DNA of 20,435 nucleotides from a virus (taxonomy: Duplodnaviria > Heunggongvirae > Uroviricota > Caudoviricetes), in IMG/VR virus record IMGVR_UViG_3300040801_002714, positions 1-20,435 of that record; one strand, 5' to 3'. Below, in pieces: positions 7,717 to 15,386 of the stretch. How positions within the stretch are numbered: position 1 is the stretch's first letter; the number at the start of each line of letters is the position of its first letter. The position numbers were made by a program, and so were the translations under genes. Below the pieces are notes generated by a model, which saw only the letters and a program-made list of their open reading frames with translations, had not been told where the DNA came from and searched no databases.

Positions 7717-8126
7717 TGATCGAAACTAACAGTTACAGTGCCCTCTTCTGCATACACTGTGCCTTCCGGTGTACAATGGGTTATGCTAATGCCGTGTGCT
7801 AATTTTAATTTTAACAGGGCGCCTTCGTCGAACATCAAGGAGCCCGTTGCATATTCTATCTTAACATATGGAATAACTTCTTGTATTTCTGACAGGCAAT
7901 CTGCAACAGTTATTTCTTTGACTTTGAGCATCCCAAACGGATTTTTAATTACGTCCGGGCGCCAGCTTTCTTTCGGGCCTTGGTCGTATACTGTAAATTT
8001 CGCATAAGCAAGGTGACCTTGCGGCAAACCAAACACTAGTCTGCAATTTAACCACCAGTTATCCCACCAGCCTGTTTCTGTCTGGTGGCTCGATATCCGG
8101 GGTCCTATCCCGGAATCAAAATTCAT
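7713..8126 (-). CDS. hypothetical phage protein
   Basis: ORF fills the gap below queE; start moved to ATG 8126, just after the queE stop. Confidence 0.6.
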   Translation of the reverse strand: MNFDSGIGPRISSHQTETGWWDNWWLNCRLVFGLPQGHLAYAKFTVYDQGPKESWRPDVIKNPFGMLKVKEITVADCLSEIQEVIPYVKIEYATGSLMFDEGALLKLKLAHGISITHCTPEGTVYAEEGTVTVSFDQ

Positions 8127-8136
8127 AAACCGAAGG

Positions 8137-9096
8137 TTACGTACCAAGCTTGTTGCCCCAGATGTAACAGTGTAGGCGACCACTCACATTGTAACCTCTT
8201 GCGATTGCCTCTTCTGCCACAGCTTGGGTGTCTTCGCTCTCTTGTGATTCTTTGGTAGCTCCAACAGGCATGATCCACACCGGCCAATGTTCGAGTCCTG
8301 CTTCTCTGAATTCCTTTACAGCTTTTTCAACTTCGTACCAGGTACGATCGTCGTTGTCGACCACAAACTTCAACTGACCATGCGGACAAACTTCAGCATA
8401 CTGTGCTACTACTTCGGGCTTGATTGCGTCGTCCCACTTTTCGCCACTGGATCGCAGCTTCGGACTCACACTCCAGAACCAAAGAGGCGCGCCTCGTTCG
8501 TCGTCGATGTATCCACCGTACATTGAACTCAGCATGAACTCTCTTAGGAAGTCTTGCATGTGATCTTCGATTGGCCGTGTGCCGTTTGTTTCCACAGTGA
8601 CCATGAGCGGCTGGTTTTCGATCTCTTTGAATCGCTCCATAATCAGTCGCATACCTTTTTGACTCATCATGGGCTCACCGCCAGTAAATGCCATGTGTGT
8701 TTCTTGTCCGCTGCCCGGGTGCTTGAACATTCCCTGCGGGTTATAAGGACTCTTCAGTGTGTCGATCAGTGTGTCGACAATCTCGCTGACAGGCTTGCGA
8801 TGTGCAAGGTGCCGGTATTCCTGGCTCCAAGTATACGAACTATCGCACCCGAACTCCCACACAGGCAAGTCTTCCATTGCGATAATGTTCGGATCAATTG
8901 TATTCTCTTCTGCAAACTTCTTGTACGGCAATTTCCAGGTGCTCGGGTCGTCTAAGTTCTCTTGTCCGAAGCCTTTGCATTCTAGGTTGCAACCCCAGAA
9001 GCGAAGCCACAGTGTAGGCACGCCGGTAAATTCTCCCTCGCCTTGAATCGAACGGAAAATCTCGCTGTAACGATATTCTTTTTCTTTATCAGTCAT
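8137..9096 (-). CDS. queE: 7-carboxy-7-deazaguanine synthase (radical SAM) with a split cysteine motif
   Basis: YSEIFRSIQGEGEFTGVPTLWLRFWGCNLEC...GCDS; FTGGEP; VETNGT; SVSPKL; C-terminal RLHCYIWGNKLGT; SD AAGGA. Confidence 0.9.
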   Translation of the reverse strand: MTDKEKEYRYSEIFRSIQGEGEFTGVPTLWLRFWGCNLECKGFGQENLDDPSTWKLPYKKFAEENTIDPNIIAMEDLPVWEFGCDSSYTWSQEYRHLAHRKPVSEIVDTLIDTLKSPYNPQGMFKHPGSGQETHMAFTGGEPMMSQKGMRLIMERFKEIENQPLMVTVETNGTRPIEDHMQDFLREFMLSSMYGGYIDDERGAPLWFWSVSPKLRSSGEKWDDAIKPEVVAQYAEVCPHGQLKFVVDNDDRTWYEVEKAVKEFREAGLEHWPVWIMPVGATKESQESEDTQAVAEEAIARGYNVSGRLHCYIWGNKLGT

Positions 9097-9105
9097 AATA
9101 GTTCC

Positions 9106-9405
9106 TTAAGAAAACTTGAGCCACTTCGGCTTACTATACACTCGTATGGCCTTGCCCGCTAGTACAGCGACTAAGACATCTTCGCCAGCGTCCTTGGCTA
9201 CTATTTCGGCCTTAAATGGATTACCTTCATCTCTGCTATATATGTCAGGAGTCGGGCCACCTGGGCCCCTCTTTTTGGATTCTGAGCGCCAGTGTTCTGT
9301 GACGTAGTCGTCTGCTGCTTTCTCAGAAAGGTGTATCGAATAGCCGTCTGGTCTTGTTCCCCAGCCCCGTTCGCTCTCTTCCCACTCTTGAACCCAAACA
9401 ATCAA
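9106..9405 (-). CDS. hypothetical phage protein
   Basis: 99 aa, VQEWEESERGWGTRPDGYSIH; ATGA overlap with the upstream ORF. Confidence 0.7.
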   Translation of the reverse strand: MIVWVQEWEESERGWGTRPDGYSIHLSEKAADDYVTEHWRSESKKRGPGGPTPDIYSRDEGNPFKAEIVAKDAGEDVLVAVLAGKAIRVYSKPKWLKFS

Positions 9406-9626
9406 TGGATAGTTTCTCCGCCGCTGTTTTGATAGACCACAGTGTCATCATAGCGAAAGTACAGTTTCATAATGCCAGGCTTGTCGCCGTACTCTCTTGC
9501 ACTGTGCTCAAGACTGGGTCGCATTGCGTCACCGTGGCCTTCTTTGTACTCGTTCAGCGCTTTGACTGCTCTTTCAATCTCTATTCTGTTTGCTTCGGAA
9601 ATCATTCTTCTTCCTTCGGTGCCCAC
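9402..9626 (-). CDS. hypothetical phage protein (start uncertain, possibly ATG near 9605)
   Basis: ORF tiles between its neighbours. Confidence 0.55.
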   Translation of the reverse strand: MGTEGRRMISEANRIEIERAVKALNEYKEGHGDAMRPSLEHSAREYGDKPGIMKLYFRYDDTVVYQNSGGETIH

Positions 9627-9823
9627 AGTTCTTCTGATGTTCCGTCTGCATACTTCAGCTTCAAAGGAGCTTCGCCTAAGAGGATAGCTTTATCTTCCTT
9701 TGGCAATGCTTTGAATGCCTTGTGGTCGCGTTCGATGTGATCACGCATCTTGTCCCCCATGCCAGGAATGATGCCGTTGAACATATTAACAGCGTCCTGT
9801 ACAGGATCTTTTTTAGAAGGCAT
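9602..9823 (-). CDS. hypothetical phage protein
   Basis: 73 aa; SD GAGG upstream; overlaps both neighbours. Confidence 0.6.
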   Translation of the reverse strand: MPSKKDPVQDAVNMFNGIIPGMGDKMRDHIERDHKAFKALPKEDKAILLGEAPLKLKYADGTSEELWAPKEEE

Positions 9824-10235
9824 CTTCTGCGTCCTCGAGTTCTTCAGGAAATACCACAGAGATATTTACGTACAGTTCTCTGTCGTTGTCTGTGCGTGTA
9901 ACTTCTGCATCTTCCTCGATGATGAACTTACGAACGATTTGGTTCTCGTCGATAAGTCGACCCCAGACTCGACCCTGGCTGAATGTTTCTTTCAGCAGTT
10001 CGTATGCACGTTCGCGACTGGTGTCAGTTCGAGGCATAACACCACTCAGTCCAGCAATGAAAAAGTTTTGATCCAGGTGCTTGACATGCAGCGACAGTGT
10101 GTGGTCTTCCAACTGAGCAACAAGGTTGCTGCGGTTCAATGCCTTGAGGCCACGCAGTTCGCCGCTCATTTGCTTTACCAGCATGTCAGGGTGGCGATCG
10201 TACTTGAACTCAACGCCTGGGGTTTGATCGGTCAT
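9813..10235 (-). CDS. hypothetical phage protein
   Basis: Start moved to ATG 10235 (ATGA overlap with the upstream stop, SD GGAG). Confidence 0.65.
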   Translation of the reverse strand: MTDQTPGVEFKYDRHPDMLVKQMSGELRGLKALNRSNLVAQLEDHTLSLHVKHLDQNFFIAGLSGVMPRTDTSRERAYELLKETFSQGRVWGRLIDENQIVRKFIIEEDAEVTRTDNDRELYVNISVVFPEELEDAEDAF

Positions 10236-10699
10236 TTCCATCTCCACTTGGAACCAGATAATTCGTGTACTACTTTAACGGAGTCACGAATGTAAGTCAA
10301 GTCCTGGACGGAGAGCGTTTTTCCTTCTTCTAAGTGCTGCATAATCTCTTCGAACGCTTGATCTCTGCCCTTGGAGAATATTTCTTGACGCACATCGTCT
10401 GTGACTCCATGTGCTTCAACCGCAGCATATCTAAGCATGGTTGCAAACGAAGATGCAGCATCGTTTACATCAACATCGTCTCCCCAGGTCACTACGCCTT
10501 TGCTGTCCATTTCGACAAGAGTGTTATCGTCTTTGTCGTAGATAGTCAGTAGTGTATCTGAGCCAGGAGCAGAAAATTTTATTCTCGTATTCGAGATACT
10601 CGAACTTGCAATACTTTGATTGACATATGCCCTTGTGGCAACATTGCTCGAAAGTCCGGGATTTCCAAGGGTGTTATACGGGCTTGTTGTATTTGACAT
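10232..10699 (-). CDS. hypothetical phage protein
   Basis: 155-aa ORF tiling with the HIT gene. Confidence 0.6.
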   Translation of the reverse strand: MSNTTSPYNTLGNPGLSSNVATRAYVNQSIASSSISNTRIKFSAPGSDTLLTIYDKDDNTLVEMDSKGVVTWGDDVDVNDAASSFATMLRYAAVEAHGVTDDVRQEIFSKGRDQAFEEIMQHLEEGKTLSVQDLTYIRDSVKVVHELSGSKWRWK

Positions 10700-11051
10700 C
10701 TCGGTAGTTCCCCTGCTCTGGTATCACATGTCTTACTCCACCTGTGGGATCTTCCATATCTCCGGATGATCTTGGAATAAGATGAACATGTGGCCAAGGC
10801 ACAGTCTGCCCTGCCGCCTCGCCCTGATTGATGCCGACATTAAACGCTTCGATCTTGCCTAGCGATCTCATGTTGTTACCGTGTCGGTATGCTGCACCAA
10901 GAGCTCTTGCAATAGAATGAGCACTGTCGTGTCTCGGAACAAACAATAGGTGACCTTCGGTTACAGGGTACGCATCTTCGTACACCAAGTAGTCTTCCCA
11001 CTCGCTGACTAGATTTGTCCAAGGACCGATCTTTTTATCATACTCTGCCAT
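10674..11051 (-). CDS. HIT-family nucleotide hydrolase
   Basis: DAYPVTEGHLLFVPR, FNVGINQGEAAGQTVPWPHVHLIPR. The first His of the HxHxH triad is replaced by Trp. Confidence 0.9.
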   Translation of the reverse strand: MAEYDKKIGPWTNLVSEWEDYLVYEDAYPVTEGHLLFVPRHDSAHSIARALGAAYRHGNNMRSLGKIEAFNVGINQGEAAGQTVPWPHVHLIPRSSGDMEDPTGGVRHVIPEQGNYRDVKYNKPV

Positions 11052-11520
11052 TTAAATTCTCCCAGGGATAAACAACCCAATTATCATTATGTATGTTACA
11101 GGCAACATAATCTGCTGCCCATGCAGATGTGTATCTTTCGTGCAAGCAAGCAACATGAACGTTGTCTTGAAAGTTTGATTTCGGTGGAACTGCTGTTGAC
11201 CAATCCGCGAATATATCGTTTATGGTTTTGCCTGTGTCTAGGATATCATCGACAATTAATATCTTTTGTCCGTCTTGTGCGAGTTCTGGTAACCAACTGT
11301 TGTGTTCGTTTCCTATTTGTTCGTTGTAGTCTCTAGTAGCCCAGCCTACACACTGAACAGGACAACCGAGTATATGGCTCAACATGATGCCCGGCACGGC
11401 ACCGCCTCTTACCAAAGGCACAATTATATCTGGCTTGTAGTTGTCCGCTCGCATCTTTTCTACTAAGATTTCAACTAAAGAACAAACATCGTCAAAATTT
11501 AACACAGTTTTATTTGTCAT
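11038..11520 (-). CDS. type I phosphoribosyltransferase (Gpt/Hpt-like)
   Basis: IVPLVRGGAVPG and the PRPP-binding loop ILIVDDILDTGKTI. Start moved to ATG 11520 (SD GGAG). Confidence 0.88.
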   Translation of the reverse strand: MTNKTVLNFDDVCSLVEILVEKMRADNYKPDIIVPLVRGGAVPGIMLSHILGCPVQCVGWATRDYNEQIGNEHNSWLPELAQDGQKILIVDDILDTGKTINDIFADWSTAVPPKSNFQDNVHVACLHERYTSAWAADYVACNIHNDNWVVYPWENLNGRV

Positions 11521-12607
11521 CTGGGAACTCCAGGAGCTTCGCAACCATCTTAGTTGCAGTAAAATATTTTTCTAGCAGTCTCTTTTCTAGATCTGCTTGT
11601 GTTGACATTTCTGCTTCCATAATAAGTCGAATTCGGTCAATTAGCTTGTCTTTGTGCTTGACGTAGTTATTCCAGTTAGCTGTCCATACGCCAGGGTACT
11701 TATATTGCTCTGGGTACATCTCTGTGTAGCTCAGTCTGTCAGGTACCAACGGGAACACATCAAGTATTGCGCCTTCGTACGGGCTAATGCCCAGTGTCTC
11801 TTGCAGGTTCGCACTAAACATCAGTTTGCTTTTTGCCAGTAACTGATGATATTCGGACTTGCTTAGTTGCTGTTCCTGACAAACAACAAATTCATATTCG
11901 GGCAAGCTATCTCGCAAGTCATAAAAGATCTCAGGCTGCTTCTCTGGAGCAATACGATGCGGGAAGATAATGATATTTTCTTTTTCAGTGCCGTAGTACT
12001 GTCTTAGGGTTGCTGGCATGTAATCCATTGGCCAGCCTGTTCTTAATATCTTTTGCTGCTTATCAGAATCTGGTAATCCCCAGTCTCCGCCAAATACTAC
12101 GCTATCAAACAGCCCCATGTGAAAGTTTGTAGCAAACCAATTGTAGTCGCTAGCATGAAAGAAAGAGCGCTCTGCATTGTATGTCCAGCGCTTGTCTTTG
12201 ATTAGTCTGCCTAGAAAATCTTGTGGATCATAGCTTCCGGCGTGCCACATGCTGTGTATCTCTACAGGAATCTGTAACAGTTCACTCATGTACTTTAACT
12301 GTATGATACCGGGATGCCATGCGTCTGTGAACAAGAACTTATCGCCCGGCTGTATCTCCCCTGAGAAACGCTTTGCGATATCATTCATCTGTGTGTTCTT
12401 GTAAATATTGGTTTGTTGAAAGTTCAAGAACGCACCAGGAGTAGCTTCAATAGATTCTTCGCCCCCACTGATATTGATAACCTCGACATCGACGCCTGCT
12501 AGTTGTGCTTCTCTCTGTAGCATGTTCGGCACATAAGTTTTCCACTCACACGTATAGCGAGTAGGCACAGACTCGAGGTCTACAACATAGATTCTATTCT
12601 TGCTCAT
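11510..12607 (-). CDS. GT-B fold glycosyltransferase, substrate unknown
   Basis: Two Rossmann-like halves; C-terminal IIFPHRIAPEKQPE and the donor-binding-type motif FSANLQETLGISPYEGA...PLVPDRLSYTEM. Confidence 0.75.
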   Translation of the reverse strand: MSKNRIYVVDLESVPTRYTCEWKTYVPNMLQREAQLAGVDVEVINISGGEESIEATPGAFLNFQQTNIYKNTQMNDIAKRFSGEIQPGDKFLFTDAWHPGIIQLKYMSELLQIPVEIHSMWHAGSYDPQDFLGRLIKDKRWTYNAERSFFHASDYNWFATNFHMGLFDSVVFGGDWGLPDSDKQQKILRTGWPMDYMPATLRQYYGTEKENIIIFPHRIAPEKQPEIFYDLRDSLPEYEFVVCQEQQLSKSEYHQLLAKSKLMFSANLQETLGISPYEGAILDVFPLVPDRLSYTEMYPEQYKYPGVWTANWNNYVKHKDKLIDRIRLIMEAEMSTQADLEKRLLEKYFTATKMVAKLLEFPDDK

Positions 12608-12866
12608 TGCTTTCCTGTTCTTGGCTCAGTACTAGCTTTTCGATAAGTTTGTATTCGTCGTAAGCGTTTTTGAGAGATTGGTATTTTTTGAGCATTTCTG
12701 GATCTGGGTCACTCAGTATACCAATCATCTGTTCTATCTTATCTAATCTTTCGTGGACTTGTTCGAAGTGAAAATCAGCTTCATACTTTGTGTATGCATC
12801 TGTGCTCATAAACACATTATTGTCACCACCCCACATCACGCCTCTATAAGGATCTGGATTGCTCAT
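12594..12866 (-). CDS. hypothetical phage protein
   Basis: 90 aa; ATGA overlap with def. Confidence 0.65.
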   Translation of the reverse strand: MSNPDPYRGVMWGGDNNVFMSTDAYTKYEADFHFEQVHERLDKIEQMIGILSDPDPEMLKKYQSLKNAYDEYKLIEKLVLSQEQESNEQE

Positions 12867-13396
12867 TCTAGATTATTCTTCCTTTTCCATTTTTTAAGTT
12901 TTTTAAATTTAGCAGCATGAACACGTTTGGCTGTAGGACTTAGTCGGTCGTAAAAAGTAATGCCGTGAAGGTGATCTATTTCGTGCTGAAGGCAAACTGC
13001 ATCAATACCGTCTGCAACTACAGTAAACGTTTCTCCGTTTTTGTGCTCGGCTTCTACTACAACTGAATCAAAACGCTTTACGTTGACGAATACACCCGGA
13101 AAACTTAGGCAACCTTCTCGCTGCATACTTGTTTCTTCGCTGTGTTCTACAATACGAGGATTAACAAACTCTTTGCATAATGTACCTCCTTCTATAGACG
13201 TAGTGTCCATGACCAGTATAGGCATGATTAGTCCTACCTGATTAGCAGACAGTCCGATTCCTCGAGTCGCATACATTGTGTAAAACATGTCGTCGACTAT
13301 CTCCTCAATAGGAAGATAATCTGTTATGATTGTGTCGTATGTGTTTGCTTCTAGGCTCGTGTTAGGCCAAAATTTTAATTCTAGTTCTTTACCCAT
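12863..13396 (-). CDS. def: peptide deformylase
   Basis: All three PDF motifs are present: GIGLSANQ, EGCLS, HEIDH. Confidence 0.95.
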   Translation of the reverse strand: MGKELELKFWPNTSLEANTYDTIITDYLPIEEIVDDMFYTMYATRGIGLSANQVGLIMPILVMDTTSIEGGTLCKEFVNPRIVEHSEETSMQREGCLSFPGVFVNVKRFDSVVVEAEHKNGETFTVVADGIDAVCLQHEIDHLHGITFYDRLSPTAKRVHAAKFKKLKKWKRKNNLE

Positions 13397-13592
13397 TCTT
13401 ATAATAGTGCGTTACGTCCCAATCCATCTCGTTAAATTCTGGACCGCTAGCTCCGCCTACTCTCCATGTACAATCTTCTTCTTCAACTCGTGTTAAGAGT
13501 ACTTCTTTTGTTTCGCCACTAGTGAAACTACGAATACGGCACAGGTATTCCCCGCTTGGCGGCATGTTACCTACGTCTATGTCTGTCCACAT
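13389..13592 (-). CDS. hypothetical phage protein
   Basis: Start probably ATG 13592 (MWTDIDV), with GGAG upstream. Confidence 0.55.
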   Translation of the reverse strand: MWTDIDVGNMPPSGEYLCRIRSFTSGETKEVLLTRVEEEDCTWRVGGASGPEFNEMDWDVTHYYKNG

Positions 13593-13749
13593 TGTTCCAG
13601 TACTCCTGGCTGCGCCCAACTGTATGACCGGTGCTAGTGTCTACGACTGTGAAGCCTTTGGAGATGTAGTCACATTCGTTGCACCCTTCCCAGAGATTGT
13701 CGTCCCAGAGGTTTGTGTTTCCGCATTTTGGGCATCTTGGTTTAGACAT
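13567..13749 (-). CDS. small zinc-ribbon protein
   Basis: CPKC...CNEC; strong SD GAGGAG. Confidence 0.6.
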   Translation of the reverse strand: MSKPRCPKCGNTNLWDDNLWEGCNECDYISKGFTVVDTSTGHTVGRSQEYWNNVDRHRRR

Positions 13750-13830
13750 TTCTCAAGCTCCTCGGCTTTTGCAAATAGTTCACAGTCGTGCCTTCTTTTA
13801 GCACGATGCTTCATGTTTATGACGTCGAGT

Positions 13831-14187
13831 CTAGTCTTCGTATCTTTCGATTCTTGCGCCATTTTCGTTATCCTCGCTCACCGACACAACATAGTCACGG
13901 AACGGATATTCTTCTTCTAGATAATCGAGCAGCTCTTCTGCTAGCATCTCGCAACTCTTATCATCTAGCTCAAGTGTTCCTTTTTCGTACAGACCTTCAA
14001 GCTCGCGTTTAAGCATTATAAACTCAATATCTCTGTCGTTGTGTGTAACAGTCACTTCAACACGAAAGTGAAAAATGTGTCTATGCGGGTGTGCAAGAAA
14101 GCCCACTGCAGGCGGAGCATCCGGATACTGATGAATACCTTCTTTCTGAAATGTTACCCAAATCCACTTCTTATCGTTATCACTCAT
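13831..14187 (-). CDS. QueD/PTPS-fold (T-fold) protein, DpdL-like
   Basis: FLAHPHRHIFHFRVEVTVTHNDRDIEF...SCEMLAE...VSVSEDNENG. It has LxxxHRHxF in place of the QueD CxxxHGH motif; SD GAGG. Confidence 0.75.
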   Translation of the reverse strand: MSDNDKKWIWVTFQKEGIHQYPDAPPAVGFLAHPHRHIFHFRVEVTVTHNDRDIEFIMLKRELEGLYEKGTLELDDKSCEMLAEELLDYLEEEYPFRDYVVSVSEDNENGARIERYED

Positions 14188-14392
14188 ATTCTTCCCTTAA
14201 AGCTTTTAGCAGTTTGTCACTCATTTCGAATCTAATCTTTTCTCTATTTATGTGGTCATTAACCGACACCACGTTTGTTTTCACAGACGCTACGCCCTTG
14301 ATCATTCTAATTGCATCGAGAACAGCTTCTACGTCGTCGTCTCGATAATCTTTATCGAGCGTTACTACAATGCCACTTACACGATCAGTCAT
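14180..14392 (-). CDS. hypothetical phage protein
   Basis: 70 aa, VVTLDKDYRDDDVEAVLDAIRMIKGVASV; SD AAGGTG. Confidence 0.7.
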   Translation of the reverse strand: MTDRVSGIVVTLDKDYRDDDVEAVLDAIRMIKGVASVKTNVVSVNDHINREKIRFEMSDKLLKALREEYE

Positions 14393-15386
14393 AATTCACC
14401 TTTGTGTTATTTAGGAACTGTGTTGCACAGTTATCCCAGGACCATATTTCGCTATACTTATGAACTAATCCTCTGGGCAACAGTATAGCACGATTCACGG
14501 CGTCCTGTAAATCTTCACTTAGGACTCCAGTGAGGTTTGGTTCTACAACATCAATCGGTCCTTGCACCGGATATGCTGCAACAGGCGTACCACAACTCAT
14601 TGCTTCAATCATTACTAGTCCGAATGTGTCTGTCTTGCTAGGAAACACAAAACACTTGGCGCCAGCAAATGCGTCAACTAGCTCTTGTCCTTTGAGCGCG
14701 CCACGAAACTGCAAGTCGTTTCTGTGTCCGTGTTCTTTGCGATACTGTTCTAGCATAGGACCATCGCCTACTACCACTTTGTAGCCGTCTAGTGCAAAGA
14801 AGTCTTCTAGGTTCTTTTCGATACTGACTCTTCCTACATACAGTAAATAGTTGCCTGGTTGTTCTTTGAATTGAAATTGCTCTCGGTCAACACCCCGTGT
14901 CCATGTTCTCACATTCACAAGTCGATTTGTTACCAACTTGAACATCATCTCATCTGTGGGAACTAATATGGCACTGCTTTTTCGATGAACCCATCTCATC
15001 CAATGCCATGTAAGCCATTCGGGCACATGGAACATTGCTTTTAGATACTGTGGCCAGTCTGTGTGGTATCCTGTAGTAAACTTTTTGTTTAGACTAATAC
15101 AGGCCTTCTTTGCGCGATAACCTACAGAACCCTCTGGGGTTGCGATGTGTACTATATTTGCCCACGCAATGTCGCCGTAGTATTTTTCTTTTGGTACCCA
15201 GGTGAACTTTACTTCGGGGTACGGAGTAGGAATAGAGAAACGGCCATGTTCGGGTGTTATCATCCGAACTTCGTGACCTTGTTTTTCTAGTGTCTTTGTG
15301 AGATTAGTTAGCGTAGTGACTACGCCGTTGACCTGTGGTTCCCAGGCATCACTTATTATTAGAATTTTTAGACCAGTGGATGACAC
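14385..15386 (-). CDS. GT4 glycosyltransferase, Agt-like (diacylglycerol glycosyltransferase)
   Basis: ILIISDAWEPQVNGVVTTL, HIATPEG, FTTGYHT, WTRGVD, YVGRVSIEKN, VVGDGP, FVFPSKTDTFGLVMIEAMSCGTPVAAYPVQGP. GTG start with SD GGGGAG. Confidence 0.85.
   Translation of the reverse strand: MSSTGLKILIISDAWEPQVNGVVTTLTNLTKTLEKQGHEVRMITPEHGRFSIPTPYPEVKFTWVPKEKYYGDIAWANIVHIATPEGSVGYRAKKACISLNKKFTTGYHTDWPQYLKAMFHVPEWLTWHWMRWVHRKSSAILVPTDEMMFKLVTNRLVNVRTWTRGVDREQFQFKEQPGNYLLYVGRVSIEKNLEDFFALDGYKVVVGDGPMLEQYRKEHGHRNDLQFRGALKGQELVDAFAGAKCFVFPSKTDTFGLVMIEAMSCGTPVAAYPVQGPIDVVEPNLTGVLSEDLQDAVNRAILLPRGLVHKYSEIWSWDNCATQFLNNTKVNYD

Noticed and set aside
8127-8139. AACC-TTC-GGTT mini-hairpin after queE as a terminator
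   Set aside because: The 4-bp stem with a 3-nt loop is too weak, and it abuts the next start codon.
5321-10797. Nested minus-strand ORFs 5321-5518, 9201-9401 and 10579-10797
   Set aside because: They lie entirely inside better-supported same-strand genes in other frames and have no motifs.
13831-14187. Annotation as canonical QueD
   Set aside because: It lacks the catalytic CxxxHGH motif and has LxxxHRHxF instead.
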